A model generated the notes under the pieces. The model saw nothing but the letters and a program-made list of their open reading frames with translations. It was not told the DNA's origin and ran no database searches. Both the position numbers and the translations under genes were made by a program. A stretch of 64,000 nucleotides of DNA, taken from NCBI GenBank assembly GCA_040285855.1, contig JAUFOQ010000001.1, positions 930,001 to 994,000 of the forward strand, in the 5' to 3' direction. The stretch is from Eukaryota sp. GEM-RC1 (Eukaryota). Below are positions 12,407-24,138 of this stretch, piece by piece. The first letter of the stretch is position 1. Each line of letters starts with the position of its first letter.

Positions 12407-14115
12407 CATACTTGGAAAATACAAATACATGTATTTTTTTTGTATTTTGTATTTTTTGTATTTGTATTTGTATTTTTTTTCACCGTGTATCTGTATTTTC
12501 TGTATTTCTTCTAAAGTCTAAAAATGAAACTGGACCTTTGGCCCTTTAGAGCATATACCACTTACAAAGAGTCAGTTCTTGATCCATCGATTGCTACGTG
12601 AATCAAGATAATCCAGTTCAAACCCTACTGTGTGGAAGTAAAACATTTTTGAATTTCGGTAAGTACATTTCCACAATGAGTTCTACATCTTCCTCTCACT
12701 ATCAGGAATCTCCAAAACTAAAACCTCCTGTGAACCTTCATACCACCATTCTTAACAGCAACAAGGTAATATGGAGAATGGTCAAAATCACCAATATGAC
12801 TAATTCTATAAATATGGATGTCTGGTGTTGAGGTTGTGGCGTGGTTTTTTACAAGCAGAACAAGTTCTTAAAACTGACACAAGAGAGAGTCACAATCATG
12901 CTGATAAGTGGGCAGAAAAGTTATGTCAAGTTGATGATATACTGATTGAAAACGAAGTAAAAATGTCAAACGATGACCAGAGATGGACAGTATGATGTAT
13001 ACGAGATGAATTGAAGTTGTCGAAAAACCTGAACAGTAACATGTAACAGTTTCCTCAGAAGAAGAGGCGTGCTTAATTGATGAAATTGATGAACTCTATG
13101 ATATTACATTGATTCATGATTGTATTGGCTCTTCAACTGGCAAACCAAGAAGATCTAAAATAACCACCTCTCAAAAGAAATCTAGAAAATCGAATTAACT
13201 TTAAGAATATAACTAGAATATTTATTGTATTATATACTTATCTTACTAGTAGTGTTTTATAGACTTTAAACTAGAATTCGGTTTTGCAGAGACAACTAGG
13301 TGTACAAAATGAACCAGTACCCAAAGCTTTAAATTTAAATCAAGAAGTTCTTAGGGTTAGAGAACACCAAAAATACAAAAAAAATACAAATACAATAATG
13401 CAGTTACATTGTATCAGGCTTCACTAAAGTAGTAAAGTGATAAAGTGACTTTACTTTACTTTACTTTACTTTACTTTACTTTACTTTAAAATTCCGGAAC
13501 GGTAAAGTGACAAACCTCAATCTTGTTTATTTTGCTTTCTGAGCACAGTAAATAACTCTTTGACACCAAAAGTACACTATTATACATGTTTTATTGTAGA
13601 AACTCACCAAAAACTGGAATGTAAATATGGAAAGCGGGCAATGGGTGAGCGCTTAAGAATATATCATTTTCACTATGGATCAACTTGGACCACATCTTCA
13701 TATGGGTTCACTTTTTTCAACTTGGACCACATCTTCTTCATTCTCTTCTAGATCTTCATCAGACACTTCTTGGTCATCATCCTCAAATACAAAGACCACT
13801 TCCTCTGCTGGTTGCCAGTCGAAAAACTGATTTGAAGGAGCTGTTCGGAAGGAAGGAGTGTCATGGAAATCTATTTTCAATTTTCAGGAGAGAATGTATG
13901 GGAGAGGAATTGAGATTGGATCCAACTTTAATGTCCTTAAAGTAACTTTATTTGTCAAAGTAAAGTAAAGCTTAAAGTAAAGTACTTTACTTTACTTTAC
14001 TTTAATTTTGAATTTTGGACTACTTTAGTGAAGCCTGCATTGTATTGTATTTTTGTATTTGTATTTTTGTATTTGTATTTGTATTATTTTTTGGCTTGTG
14101 TATTTTCCAAGTATG
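12407..14115. mobile_element. Non-autonomous hAT element (outer member of a nested pair)
   Basis: TIR CATACTTGGAAAATACA / TGTATTTTCCAAGTATG. 8-bp TSD GTTTAGAC at 12399-12406 and 14116-14123. TTTGTAT-type subterminal repeats near both ends. Confidence 0.85.
13415..14037. mobile_element. hAT-type MITE (623 bp) nested inside 12407-14115
   Basis: Perfect 19-bp TIR CAGGCTTCACTAAAGTAGT / ACTACTTTAGTGAAGCCTG. 8-bp TSD CATTGTAT at 13407-13414 and 14038-14045. (ACTTT)n subterminal arrays. Confidence 0.92.
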
Positions 14116-14193
14116 GTTTAGACACAAGAACAGGTGTTGCCAGGTAAGCTTAAATACCTTTCATTATCCACCAGATTTCTTTCTAGCCTTAAC

Positions 14194-15706
14194 ATGTCAT
14201 TTGCTCTCCTACCAGTAGAAACTCTCAGCTGCATCCTCACTGACCCCTCGTTCTCTGATCAAACCATTTCTTTTGGGGAAGAGTCTATTGAAGTGAACAA
14301 AACTATTCTTGCTGCGAGTTCTACCTACTTTCTCTCTCTCTGGTTCTTGGAGTTTGGAGATAAACAAGATAACCCCATTGACTTCTCTCATCTTCCCGGG
14401 AGTTCCGCCACTTTCTTTTCTTTCATCAGATCCTTCTACGGAAAGCCATTCACTCTCACCGACAGTAATGTGTACCACTTCTTCTATCTAATCCACTACT
14501 TTCAAGTAAACAAGTTGGCTGACCAGTTTGAAAACCACCTCAACGTTCATCTCGTAACCTGGGCTTGGTTAAAGCCATTCATTAAAGAAGCAGATGAACG
14601 AAATGACTGGAGAGCTCTGGAATTCGTTGGTCCCTTATTTTCCAAGATTGATGACATATTGATTGATGACGTCATGACAATCAGTACTGAAGGGTATAAA
14701 CCACTTGTAGAATACTGCACTTCTACTCAATCACTGTCATGGTTCATTAAATCACTGGTGAGCTCAATTCTCAATCAAAATTTCGATTCGAATGAGGTTT
14801 CCAATATTTTAAATTCTTGTTCAGTCGAAGCTCTTTCTTTACAACAATGGAAAGAGTATTTATTTGTTCCTTTAAAACATGTAAAAGAAAACTAATTAAA
14901 AAATTTGTAATTATTTTGACTCTTTGGTGAAGGAAAATTCTGATTTAAAGGAAGAAATATCTGAATTAAACTCACTTACTACTGATTTAAAAACGGAAAA
15001 TCAGGACTTAAAGACAGAAAATACTGGTTTATCCAGAGAAGTTCATGATTCAAAAACAGAAATATCTCATTTGAAAACTACAAATTCTGCTTTAACAACT
15101 GATATTCAGAATTTAACCGCTACAAATTCCAACTCACTTAACGAAATTACCAAACTACAACAAGAAATAGACCAACTGAAAAAGACAGCTACAGAAACTC
15201 AACTGGTGTTTCAATCAATTCATCAATCAAAAGTGATTAGATTCTCTCAAACTAGGAAACATTCTCAGTTACAAGTTAGTGGGGATAGAAAGAGAGTCGT
15301 TGTTGGAAGTGGTAATGGTGTGTGTAGAAATATCTTGGGAGAAGATCCACTTCTTCCAGGTAATGTTTATACTTGGAAGTTGAGGTACCAGGGGCGTAAT
15401 TGTGGTCTTTATGTTGGAGTCATTGACGAGTCAAAGTTTCGAGTTGATTGTGATTGCACGTACATGGCTCATTGTTATGCCTGTGGAGATACGTTTCAAG
15501 GATGTCTCTTTGGAACCTCTAATAAGTGGAATCCTGGTGAATTACTCGAAATCAATGCAAATCTCACTAATTACACTTTAACAATCAAATCCGTGAGTAA
15601 TTTTTCAATTAATCTTACTGGGACTCTTCCCAAGTTAAGTAGTGGTAATTATTATCCATTTGCTTCGTTATTTTGGAGTGATCATGAACTTGAAATCGTT
15701 GAATAA
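14194..15706 (+). pseudogene. BTB - coiled-coil - SPRY paralog, disrupted at ~14880-14920
   Basis: Collinear with 8124-9655, but a deletion plus stop lies between the BTB half (ORF 14134-14895) and the coiled-coil/SPRY half (ORF 14924-15706). The lesion is larger than a homopolymer slip. Confidence 0.7.
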
Positions 15707-17619
15707 AGTTGATAATATTGTCATTGTGTGTAAGTCTCCTCTTCTAAAGCAGTGAATCTAATTAATTCATGAATTTGGAAGCCAATTCGAGTAGAAGACA
15801 TCAAGTACTGGAAGTTGCTCATATAACGATGATCACATGGTCAGGACGGGAAGATTATCTTCCGAAGATAATAAGGTATACTCAACAAGAACACTGTTCG
15901 AGTGTACCTGAAGGTCGTTTCACTCAGATACAGAACCAAAGATCCTCTACTGTACCAGTAATAGTGTCACCAACAAATACTCTTGCCTTCTTTCAGACAT
16001 GTTTGGTCAGAAACATTGTGTATGACATAACACCTGTCAAATTAAGACAAAAGAGGAGTAGATAGTCGTGCTGGACGTGTCAATCCGGAGCATCAACACC
16101 GCCCTTATTTCCAAAATACAATCAAAACGTTTTTTATTAACTTACCAGCCCTAATCCGATTTATCAACTCAGCTCGGGTGAAAAATTTGTTGAACATTTC
16201 ATACCGAGGAGATTCATTATACGTTCATTCTTTCTATATCGAGAGAATGGAGTGATCATCAATTTTAACACGTTTTATAGTCAATTAGTCTAAAAAACGG
16301 TAGATGGAAAACCTCGATGGTGAAATATTTACTTCCAGTTTCTGTTTCATAGATGCGCAGTGATATAACAATTTAGCAATTTTTAGGTATTGTTTTGATT
16401 CTAAACCAGTTCGTTTAGGTCTTGTTCTTATACTCAACCAGTATTTTGGACGGAGACAAGACGATAACGAGATTATGAAGAAGAATTGATACCTGATTTC
16501 TTACAATCGATGGGTAATGGTACGCAAAAGATGTCTAGACATCAGATCAGGTTGAAACAAACAGATTCATTTTGCGAAACATAGACACTTAATAAATTAA
16601 GTTTAACACTATCAAATACATATACTTCCACTGTAGTTGAAGTAATTAAAAATAATTGAGATTTGATATCATTATAGCCCTCATCGATTTCAGTTATGGT
16701 CGACTTGGCAATAATGTTGTTTGATATCTTTCTGATTTTGAGAAAGTTGTTTACAAATGACGAACGAAAAATGAATCATCACCAAAAATTTTGATTATGA
16801 GTTTTAATTGAATGGTATTGTTTTCAGAATTTTTAGAATAATTTCCAACATGTTTATTAAAGTATGATCTCGAAAGCTCTATTAAATGTCAGTATTTTCT
16901 ATGAAGAAACAGCTTCTGTGAGGTTCAATTCCAATGAATGTTGCGTTCTATTTGAGTTCTAGGTTTTTTTTTCTCCCACTGATTCTTTTCTGTAAACATA
17001 ATATTTGTTTTTCGTCATCATTGCTAAAATGCAGATCATATGCATTTTTCTGATTAGAGTTAATTGCTGACGGTACTACTACTACCACATGTAATTGAAT
17101 TAATAGAAATTATCGTTGTCATAAAACGGATATTTGAAACGTTTTAGTTCTTTTCTAACATGTTTGCTAATGAGAATTATGAAATAGACATAACACATTA
17201 TCAACTGATACTTTTAGACCAAAGTTTGGATAAGAAACACATGTGAGTACTTAAAAACCAGAAACAAGTAATAGGATTACGAACGCATTTCATAGATGGC
17301 TTCAATGGGTTCCACAATGGCTTACATCAATTCATTTGGGAACAAGTTTCCAGTAGTAGAGTTCCACATAAGGAATCAATCATCATCGAGAGTAACCAAC
17401 GTTTGAACAACTTGAATGGTGTTTATGAAATGACTCTATTGAAGTGTGTGTTTACTAAAGATTGAACCAAAACTAACCATGATAAAACACGTGAGTTCAA
17501 TTCTTTGAACCATTCGATCAGGAGGTAAAACCAAGGAAATGCTAGGAATTGATTCGCTGTATGTTGACACAAAAAGTACGTCTTTCTACTCGACTTTTGT
17601 CTTAATTTTTAAACGAAAA

Positions 17620-18142
17620 TTCTTATGGGCAAAGACGTGCTGACTTGATTATACCTTCATCATCTGAATCTCCGACAGTTATCGATGTTGTTTCAGTGGA
17701 TGTGTGCAAAAAAGTTGTAACAAGTTTGTTACAAAGGAAATCTCACCTTTAGACATTGCTGAAAATAACAAGCAAAGAAAGTATGCTGATCCTTTGAAAG
17801 ACCTGGAAACACATTGTCCATGTCGAATATTCATTTGTCCCAATTGCGATTTCCATATATGGTAGATTAGGCAAATTAGCCTTGAAGTTCCTTGATGAAT
17901 TTGCAAAGGTTGTAGCTCATAGAACTAACCAAATATTTGATCGTTCTTTTGGCAGAACCGAATTGTCTTTACGATTCTAAAGGCAGTTCCCACAATGATT
18001 TCAAAAGCTTTGTTATCCCTAAGTGTGTTTTATGAAAACAAAGCTTCAACAAGGTTCGATTCGAAGGAATTTTGCTTTGATGACATTGAGTATTAGATCA
18101 TCTTTTTATTTTCGAATAAATGTACGAAATTATTTAAAAAAA
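17620..18142 (+). mobile_element. 5'-truncated 3' end of a CRE-like non-LTR retrotransposon (RLE domain)
   Basis: Translates across frameshifts as GQRRADLIIP..TVIDVVSVDVCKKSC..PLDIAENNKQRKY..ISIYGRLG..WQNRIVF, homologous to 57803-58657. It is followed by AATAAA and an A8 tract. Confidence 0.75.
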
Positions 18143-18196
18143 AGGTTGTAATATCAACTATAAGTCCATGTAAATGTATAAACTAAATTAATCTAC

Positions 18197-18345
18197 TCAA
18201 CTTTCTTCACAATCATCAAGTTCTATCTGTAAAGACTTCATTTCTTGTAAAACTTGTTCAAAATCCACTTTCATCCAGGATCTCAAGCTCAATAAAGCTC
18301 TCAAAGACTCGGTTAAGAGCATATTTCGACTTTGGCGAAGTAACA
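18197..18345 (-). mobile_element. hAT transposase C-terminal (dimerisation-region) remnant
   Basis: The minus strand reads SRNMLLTESLRALLSLRSWMK..DDCEES*, resembling the hAT C-terminal pattern R..L....RAL..L.SW. Confidence 0.5.
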
Positions 18346-18629
18346 GAAGCAGGAGGTGGTGTGTCATCTACTATTATTAAGATGTGTTGGCGAGAAGGTC
18401 TTACAAAGAAACCAATATTGGGATTTTACTGAAAGAACATGAATTAGAGTTCATCCAATCTACACCAAGGTACATCACAACAAACAAATTGATTTATGTA
18501 ATTAGTAGTTTATACACAATAGTATCTTTTAACTATTGTAATGACTCTTGGCCAATGGCATAACGATACGTACAAAATTGACACAAATATTTGATGTTGT
18601 TAAATGTTGCAATAACAAATTGTTGTATA

Positions 18630-18740
18630 TGGGCTGAATGGCTGAGCCCAGCGAATTGTCAAGCCGCCCGGGCTTAAGCCACAAACTCTGAAGCCCAGTC
18701 CAATTGTACTGCAGCCCGCTAGGCTGGGTGGCTGGGGCTG
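18630..18740. repeat. GC-rich GGCT/AGCC repeat patch, probable transposon subterminal relic (related patches at 24656-24730 and 53993-54145)
   Basis: Clusters of GGGCT/AGCCC/GGCTTAAGCC in an otherwise AT-rich background. Confidence 0.5.
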
Positions 18741-18787
18741 AAATAGGTGCAACACTAATACTTTGCCATTGTGTGGATCATACGGGT

Positions 18788-19277
18788 GCATATGTTCCAC
18801 GCAATTCTACACTAAATTTATACCTCAACTATGTAAAAAGTGTTAGAAACAACATTGCTGAGCTTTTCCTAGAATGATTCTCAGATCAATCGTTGTTTGG
18901 AACTTGGTGTTATCGACGCGGTTCAAATGCAAGCAAGGTTCTACGTTGGTATAATAGAAGGCATGCTTGTTGTTTACTGAAAATTTCCTGTATTTGGACC
19001 AAGGCGGGAACTATTTTCTAGAAAGTATTCAACTGATAATTTCTTTAAATGTACAATAAAAATACAATCCAATGAGTTAAAGTATTGTGCCACCACTTTA
19101 TTTTATATAACCACTCACTATTACTAGTATATGGGTCATGTTCATATGTTGTTCTAAAACAACCCAAACCAATCCATTGATTTAACCCGACCCATTGGTT
19201 TAACCACTATCCCCAGTGATGACTGCGTCCTAATGAAAAATCATATAAATGGAATATCACATCAAACACGTCACAAA
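18788..19277. repeat. Dispersed repeat (similar to 5592-6068)
   Basis: Direct similarity to 5592-6068. Confidence 0.85.
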
Positions 19278-19598
19278 ATTTTGGGATTTGCAGCTGAGAT
19301 TAATAATAACAAAAACTCCAACAATTTCAAAAGTCCCTTGATTCGAAAATGCACTTTCTTCTTCTTTTTTGGGGAAGAATTCTCGAAGAAGTGTCATGGA
19401 GCGTGAAATTGGACATCAAAGTCATTGTAAAAGACAGTCTCGTCTTCTGTGATTTCTTGACGAAACAAACCGATCAATCAAAAAAATCAAAAGAGCGCAC
19501 GTGATAAGATAGTAGCTGTTACCTTTGACACGTTTTTTTTGATGACGTGCCCAAAGTGACATGATGGTTTCCCTTTCAAATAAGACTTTGACTCGACT

Positions 19599-20710
19599 TC
19601 AGTGAATTCCAACAGTTGGTTTTTGAGAAAGTAAATCCTTCAAAATTTCAAGAACATTTGAAATTTTTAACTCGTTTAGTTGACGTTCCAGAATAGGCAA
19701 GTCACACGTGTTACCACTCACAATACGTTCACGTGTGATTACGTCTATTTTTGACCTCCCAGATTGGGCAACTGCCAAAACTGTGTTCTTGGCTCTCAGT
19801 AAATCATCTTCAGACAATGACGACACCAAATCAATCAATTCTGATAACAAGGTTTTAAACCCCAGCAACGCGTGACCAGGCAAAGTGATTGCTTGAATTA
19901 CCAACAAATTGTTTAAATCCTTATCTCCAAAATTAAGAGGAATGACGTCAGCAGAAACATCAGAAAAGAAAGGAAATCTCTCAACAAACCTTCCAAATAC
20001 AGATGTTTGAGAGTTTCCCGGTCCACCTTCTAAATACGACTTACCCCTGCCAAGTACAGCAGACAGAACCATAGCTGATAGTGACTTAGATGAAAGGAGA
20101 GGAGATTTGTGGTTGAGGAAGTGAGACATAGAAGGGATAGAAAACAAAATGACAAAGTTCGAGGGTGCGTGGAATCGTCTTTAACAAAGACTCCAGGAAT
20201 TCTCGAGAAGTCGTGGAGTTTTGGTGACGTGGACTTCTTCTCCAAATGTTGAAGCGGAGTGAGAACAGGAAGTTTGAATGGAGGGCATCTTAAAGAGGCA
20301 GATGTAGAAAAGGATGAGATAAAGGCATCGTTAAGTTGACCACTTGTAAGAGAAGTAGGAGGAAGCCAAAGAGAAGGAAATGCATGACTCATGGTGAAGT
20401 CTAATAGAGAATGATCAACGAATTGGTCTTTTCCTTTAAAGGAGGACATTGGATTCTGTGATCTAATCGGTTTTTTAAGTGAATCATGACAGATTTTGGA
20501 TATTTTATCAATCGATTTGCTGTGTTTGGGCAAATATGAGAGAAGAAAGGATGTATCAGAAGAAGTGGATAGAGAATCTACTGACACATTGAAGGAATAC
20601 AATGATTTTTGAAGATTGGTTCTCTTTGACTCCAGAAACGATTGCAAAAGAGAGGATGATGGAACAATAAAAGAGGGAAATCTAAATCCAAGTCCAATAG
20701 ATGAAGACAT
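19599..20710 (-). CDS. Divergent M16 peptidase, alpha-MPP-like (non-catalytic) subunit; frameshift near 20148
   Basis: MVLSAVLGRGKSYLEGGPGNSQTS matches the alpha-MPP glycine-rich loop (LLGGGxSFSAGGPGKGMxS). LSEDDLLRAKN and a terminal KPTV also fit. No HxxEH is visible. Two overlapping ORFs join at a T-run. Confidence 0.65.
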
Positions 20711-21087
20711 GAGAAATTAGGAAACAATAGACTCAAGCTGAAAAATCAGTATTTTATCATGAGCACAATAACTGCTGGAGTGGTACCTAGACATATCAGA
20801 AGTGATCGTCCAACCGATTGATTACGGTACCAACTATTGCTTTTCGTAAGATAGAGTTTCCTGTAAAGTACGCAAATTATTTACGGTAACACATTTATGT
20901 AAAATATCATATAACTAAAAATTTACAGCACACTACACATGAGATTTTAGTTTGTTTAATTTAATAACTCAAAATGAAACTTAATAAATCTTCTATGTTT
21001 GACAGGTTCAACTATATTGCAATATTGGACCAATATATTGCGATCCAACATTACACAGCCCTGAAATTATGTATTTTTCCGTTAACA

Positions 21088-21290
21088 ATGCCAAGACGAT
21101 GCGTACCAAAAACTTCTTCACGAAGCTGGAAGACCCGCTTCATCCTCCCAGCGACCAAAATGTAATCTCGTCTGACTGCTAAAAATGTAAGCATTGTCAA
21201 CCCTTTTTTTTTCGTTTGGATTAAGAAGGGTAAGGGATACACCGATCTTTTGCATCATGTAAAAGCTGATCATTTTGATGAGTGTCAATG
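21088..21290 (+). mobile_element. BED zinc-finger remnant of a probable hAT transposase
   Basis: Removing one T from the T9 run gives KCKHCQPFFFVWIKKGKGYTDLLHHVKADH (CxxC...HxxxxH). Confidence 0.5.
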
Positions 21291-22362
21291 TTTTCAGTCT
21301 TCAGCACATCAAAATACATTGGTCAATATGATGTTCTAATTTAGAACCAAAAAATGCAAAAGGGAAGGTAAAAAGTGTTTGTAAATCAATTTTTATGTTC
21401 TAGTAACACTTCACTAACACATGTGGCTAACAAATTCTTGCCAAAAGGAAAAAATGAAGATTGTGGTGTTAGGAATAAATATGATTTGGACTATACTTTT
21501 CACCCAAAACAAACGAACAGTTTGATGAGAATTCCTGTTGTAACTACGTGGAAATCCAAAAGTATATTTACGGTGAAATACCGCCCCGTATTACAATTAG
21601 TTACGAATAATAGTTCTTTTCCCAATGACGTTCCGTAGACAACGAAAAATATTAACATAGTTGTCTGAAAATTAGCGTATTAAGGATCATAGATTTTGTC
21701 GATTACTTCATACCAGAATGGCGTTTTGGATACTCGGATATGGTTTAACACCGCAACAAATAGCTGCCTGATAGATTAAGTACAACTGCCTTATTTTATC
21801 GTAGAACAGGTGAGGTTACATGGACTATATATTTGAAAATTGATTGAGTTACAGTTTTATTTCTACTACTGATCCTGGACGAATCCATTTGAATCATAGT
21901 GGCACTAGTTAATGCTCTCAAAGAAGTAATTCTGAATTGTTCTACAGATGATTCATATTCCATCGCTACTGAGATGGATAGAATTATTGGAATTGTTCTC
22001 GAAAGACACACTACTCCAGTGGCGCCCATCCGTTTACTTCATTACTACAGTTTGACAAATTTGTGACATGAATGTATGTGTGTGGTAGTTTTGGAGCCAA
22101 ATAATATTCAGAACTTTTAGAAAATAGTGTAAATAATTGATAAGCCGTAAAGAGAGACACATTTTTAATGAAAGTAGTTGGAGATCTTTCAACTGCCCTC
22201 ATGATTTATGTGACAATGAAGCGTGACGATAAATATGAATTTACACGTTTAGTACTATGAAGCATGGTTCTACAAAGGTAGGCAAAAGATTATGAATACA
22301 GATCATGATTTCATCTCATCACATCATTTCCCAACTCAACACATCTCCAAGAGTTTTTCCAA

Positions 22363-24138
22363 ATGACGAGTATCTGTACTATCTTTTTATTTGCTTTTCT
22401 GTTCTTAATTGGCTTGAGCCAAGCAGATGAACGAGGTTACGATGTTATTGATTCCTGGTTTGAGGTCACCCTCAATGCACCCGGAGGCGGATACGTTATC
22501 GTGACAAAGGACAGTCTTGTTCATCATTATGTTACTGGAGTTAAAGACATCACTACTGGAGAACCTGTTACCCGAGATACTTACTTTCCAATTGCAAGTG
22601 TCACTAAGACACTGACTTCATTACTGATTCACAACCTCACTCTTGAGGGAAAGTGTTCTTGGGACAGTCGTATCGCATCCATTCTCCCTTTCTGGGAGTG
22701 TGGGGATCCAATCCGCTCGTCAATGATGACGCTACAAGACCTGGTTTATCATCGGACAGGGTTTGGGTATGGTACCGGATCATTACCTTCCTTTACTAAT
22801 CCCAACTTATCTCTTCGAGATTACGTATATAGTATGAAGTTTTTCATGCCTTTGGCTGAATTCCGGGCTCCATCCTTCCTCTACAATGATGCTGCATTTT
22901 CCCTTGCTGGTTACATCCCAGAGTACATTGAAGATACTTCTTTTAGAGACCTAATCCAGGAACGGATCTTGAACAAGCTTCCGTCACAACCTAAAGGTTA
23001 CTATTCTCTTGCTGATCTTAAAGCTGATGACGTGGATTACTCCAAGGGATACATGGTTGACGAAGAAACAGGAGAATTCTATGAACCTCCTCAAGTTGTA
23101 AATGAAGCACTTAGTCACAGCAGTGCTCCAGCTGGTGGGTTAGCTCTATCTCTGAATGGATTAGCTGAATTTACTCAGTGGTTCATACCTGTAATCAACA
23201 GTTCCTCTTATGCTCCTCTCACAGACATGGGAAACTTTCCTCCCTTTGGAACAATGTTATTTGGCAACTCAGTTGTTACTCCTGTTGGTATTGGACGTGG
23301 GGTTTTCATTTATGACGTCATGGGGTTCCGATGTTACTCTCATAATGGTAATGCATTCGGACATACTTCGCTGTATGTTGTTTGTCCTGACGTCGATTAT
23401 GGTTTTGCTGGTCTCAACAACATGTATGTAGCTGACGATAATCTAATGATTACTGCCTTTTTGGGACTGTTCCAATTCCTTACTGGAGAAGTCCCTCCAC
23501 CAGAAGCAACGGAACCATTATCTACCGTTTCCTTCAAAAATAAAATGGGATCGTACTTCAAGGATGGTCTTTCTCCCAAGTCAACCAAGATTGACCGTGT
23601 TTTTCATGTGAAAGAAAGTTTGCAATCTTCAATCTCTCTTGTAGATTTTAATGAAACATCTTGGCACCATCCATTCTACGGTTCACTTGTCGTGAATTTC
23701 AGTGATTCTATTGTTGATTCTGAATGGAGGTACAATCATTTGCTTCTGAAACTCTCTCATTTTCATAACAATGTTTATTATGCTGATTCTGCTTTTGATA
23801 GGATCCTTGTTCAGTTCGGAAGATGTCCACTAACTGGAAAAATCACTTCAGTAAAAATGTTCTTTGTTGATGAGAATGCTCTGTTCACGTCTGAGAACTA
23901 CTTGAATGAGGATATGTCTTTCCATCCCAATGATGCAGCAACTCAGGATCCCAGAGTGGTAAAGTTTGTTGAACCTGCTGTTTATACAAACAACATGCCA
24001 ATTGCTCTAATTTTAGGAGTTGTTGTTGGTTTAATTGCATCAGGAGTTGTTGGAGGATTGATGTTCTATTTCATTAGAAAGAGTTTGAATTCTTTCGAGT
24101 CATATTCTTTTAATCCAATGAGTTCTAACAAAGTTTAA
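22363..24138 (+). CDS. Beta-lactamase/serine-hydrolase (AmpC/DD-peptidase-like) family type-I membrane protein
   Basis: N-terminal signal peptide, F.IASVTK (SxxK), LVYHRTG, FLYND (YxN position), PAGGL, SHNGNAFG, a DUF3471-like C-terminal region, then a hydrophobic TM helix (IALILGVVVGLIASGVVGGLMFYFI) and a short tail. Confidence 0.85.
   Translation: MTSICTIFLFAFLFLIGLSQADERGYDVIDSWFEVTLNAPGGGYVIVTKDSLVHHYVTGVKDITTGEPVTRDTYFPIASVTKTLTSLLIHNLTLEGKCSWDSRIASILPFWECGDPIRSSMMTLQDLVYHRTGFGYGTGSLPSFTNPNLSLRDYVYSMKFFMPLAEFRAPSFLYNDAAFSLAGYIPEYIEDTSFRDLIQERILNKLPSQPKGYYSLADLKADDVDYSKGYMVDEETGEFYEPPQVVNEALSHSSAPAGGLALSLNGLAEFTQWFIPVINSSSYAPLTDMGNFPPFGTMLFGNSVVTPVGIGRGVFIYDVMGFRCYSHNGNAFGHTSLYVVCPDVDYGFAGLNNMYVADDNLMITAFLGLFQFLTGEVPPPEATEPLSTVSFKNKMGSYFKDGLSPKSTKIDRVFHVKESLQSSISLVDFNETSWHHPFYGSLVVNFSDSIVDSEWRYNHLLLKLSHFHNNVYYADSAFDRILVQFGRCPLTGKITSVKMFFVDENALFTSENYLNEDMSFHPNDAATQDPRVVKFVEPAVYTNNMPIALILGVVVGLIASGVVGGLMFYFIRKSLNSFESYSFNPMSSNKV

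Noticed and set aside
13440..13490. (ACTTT)n and nearby (TTTGTA)n arrays as a CRISPR or telomeric repeat
   Set aside because: There are no spacers, and the arrays lie just inside TIRs, so they are transposon subterminal repeats.
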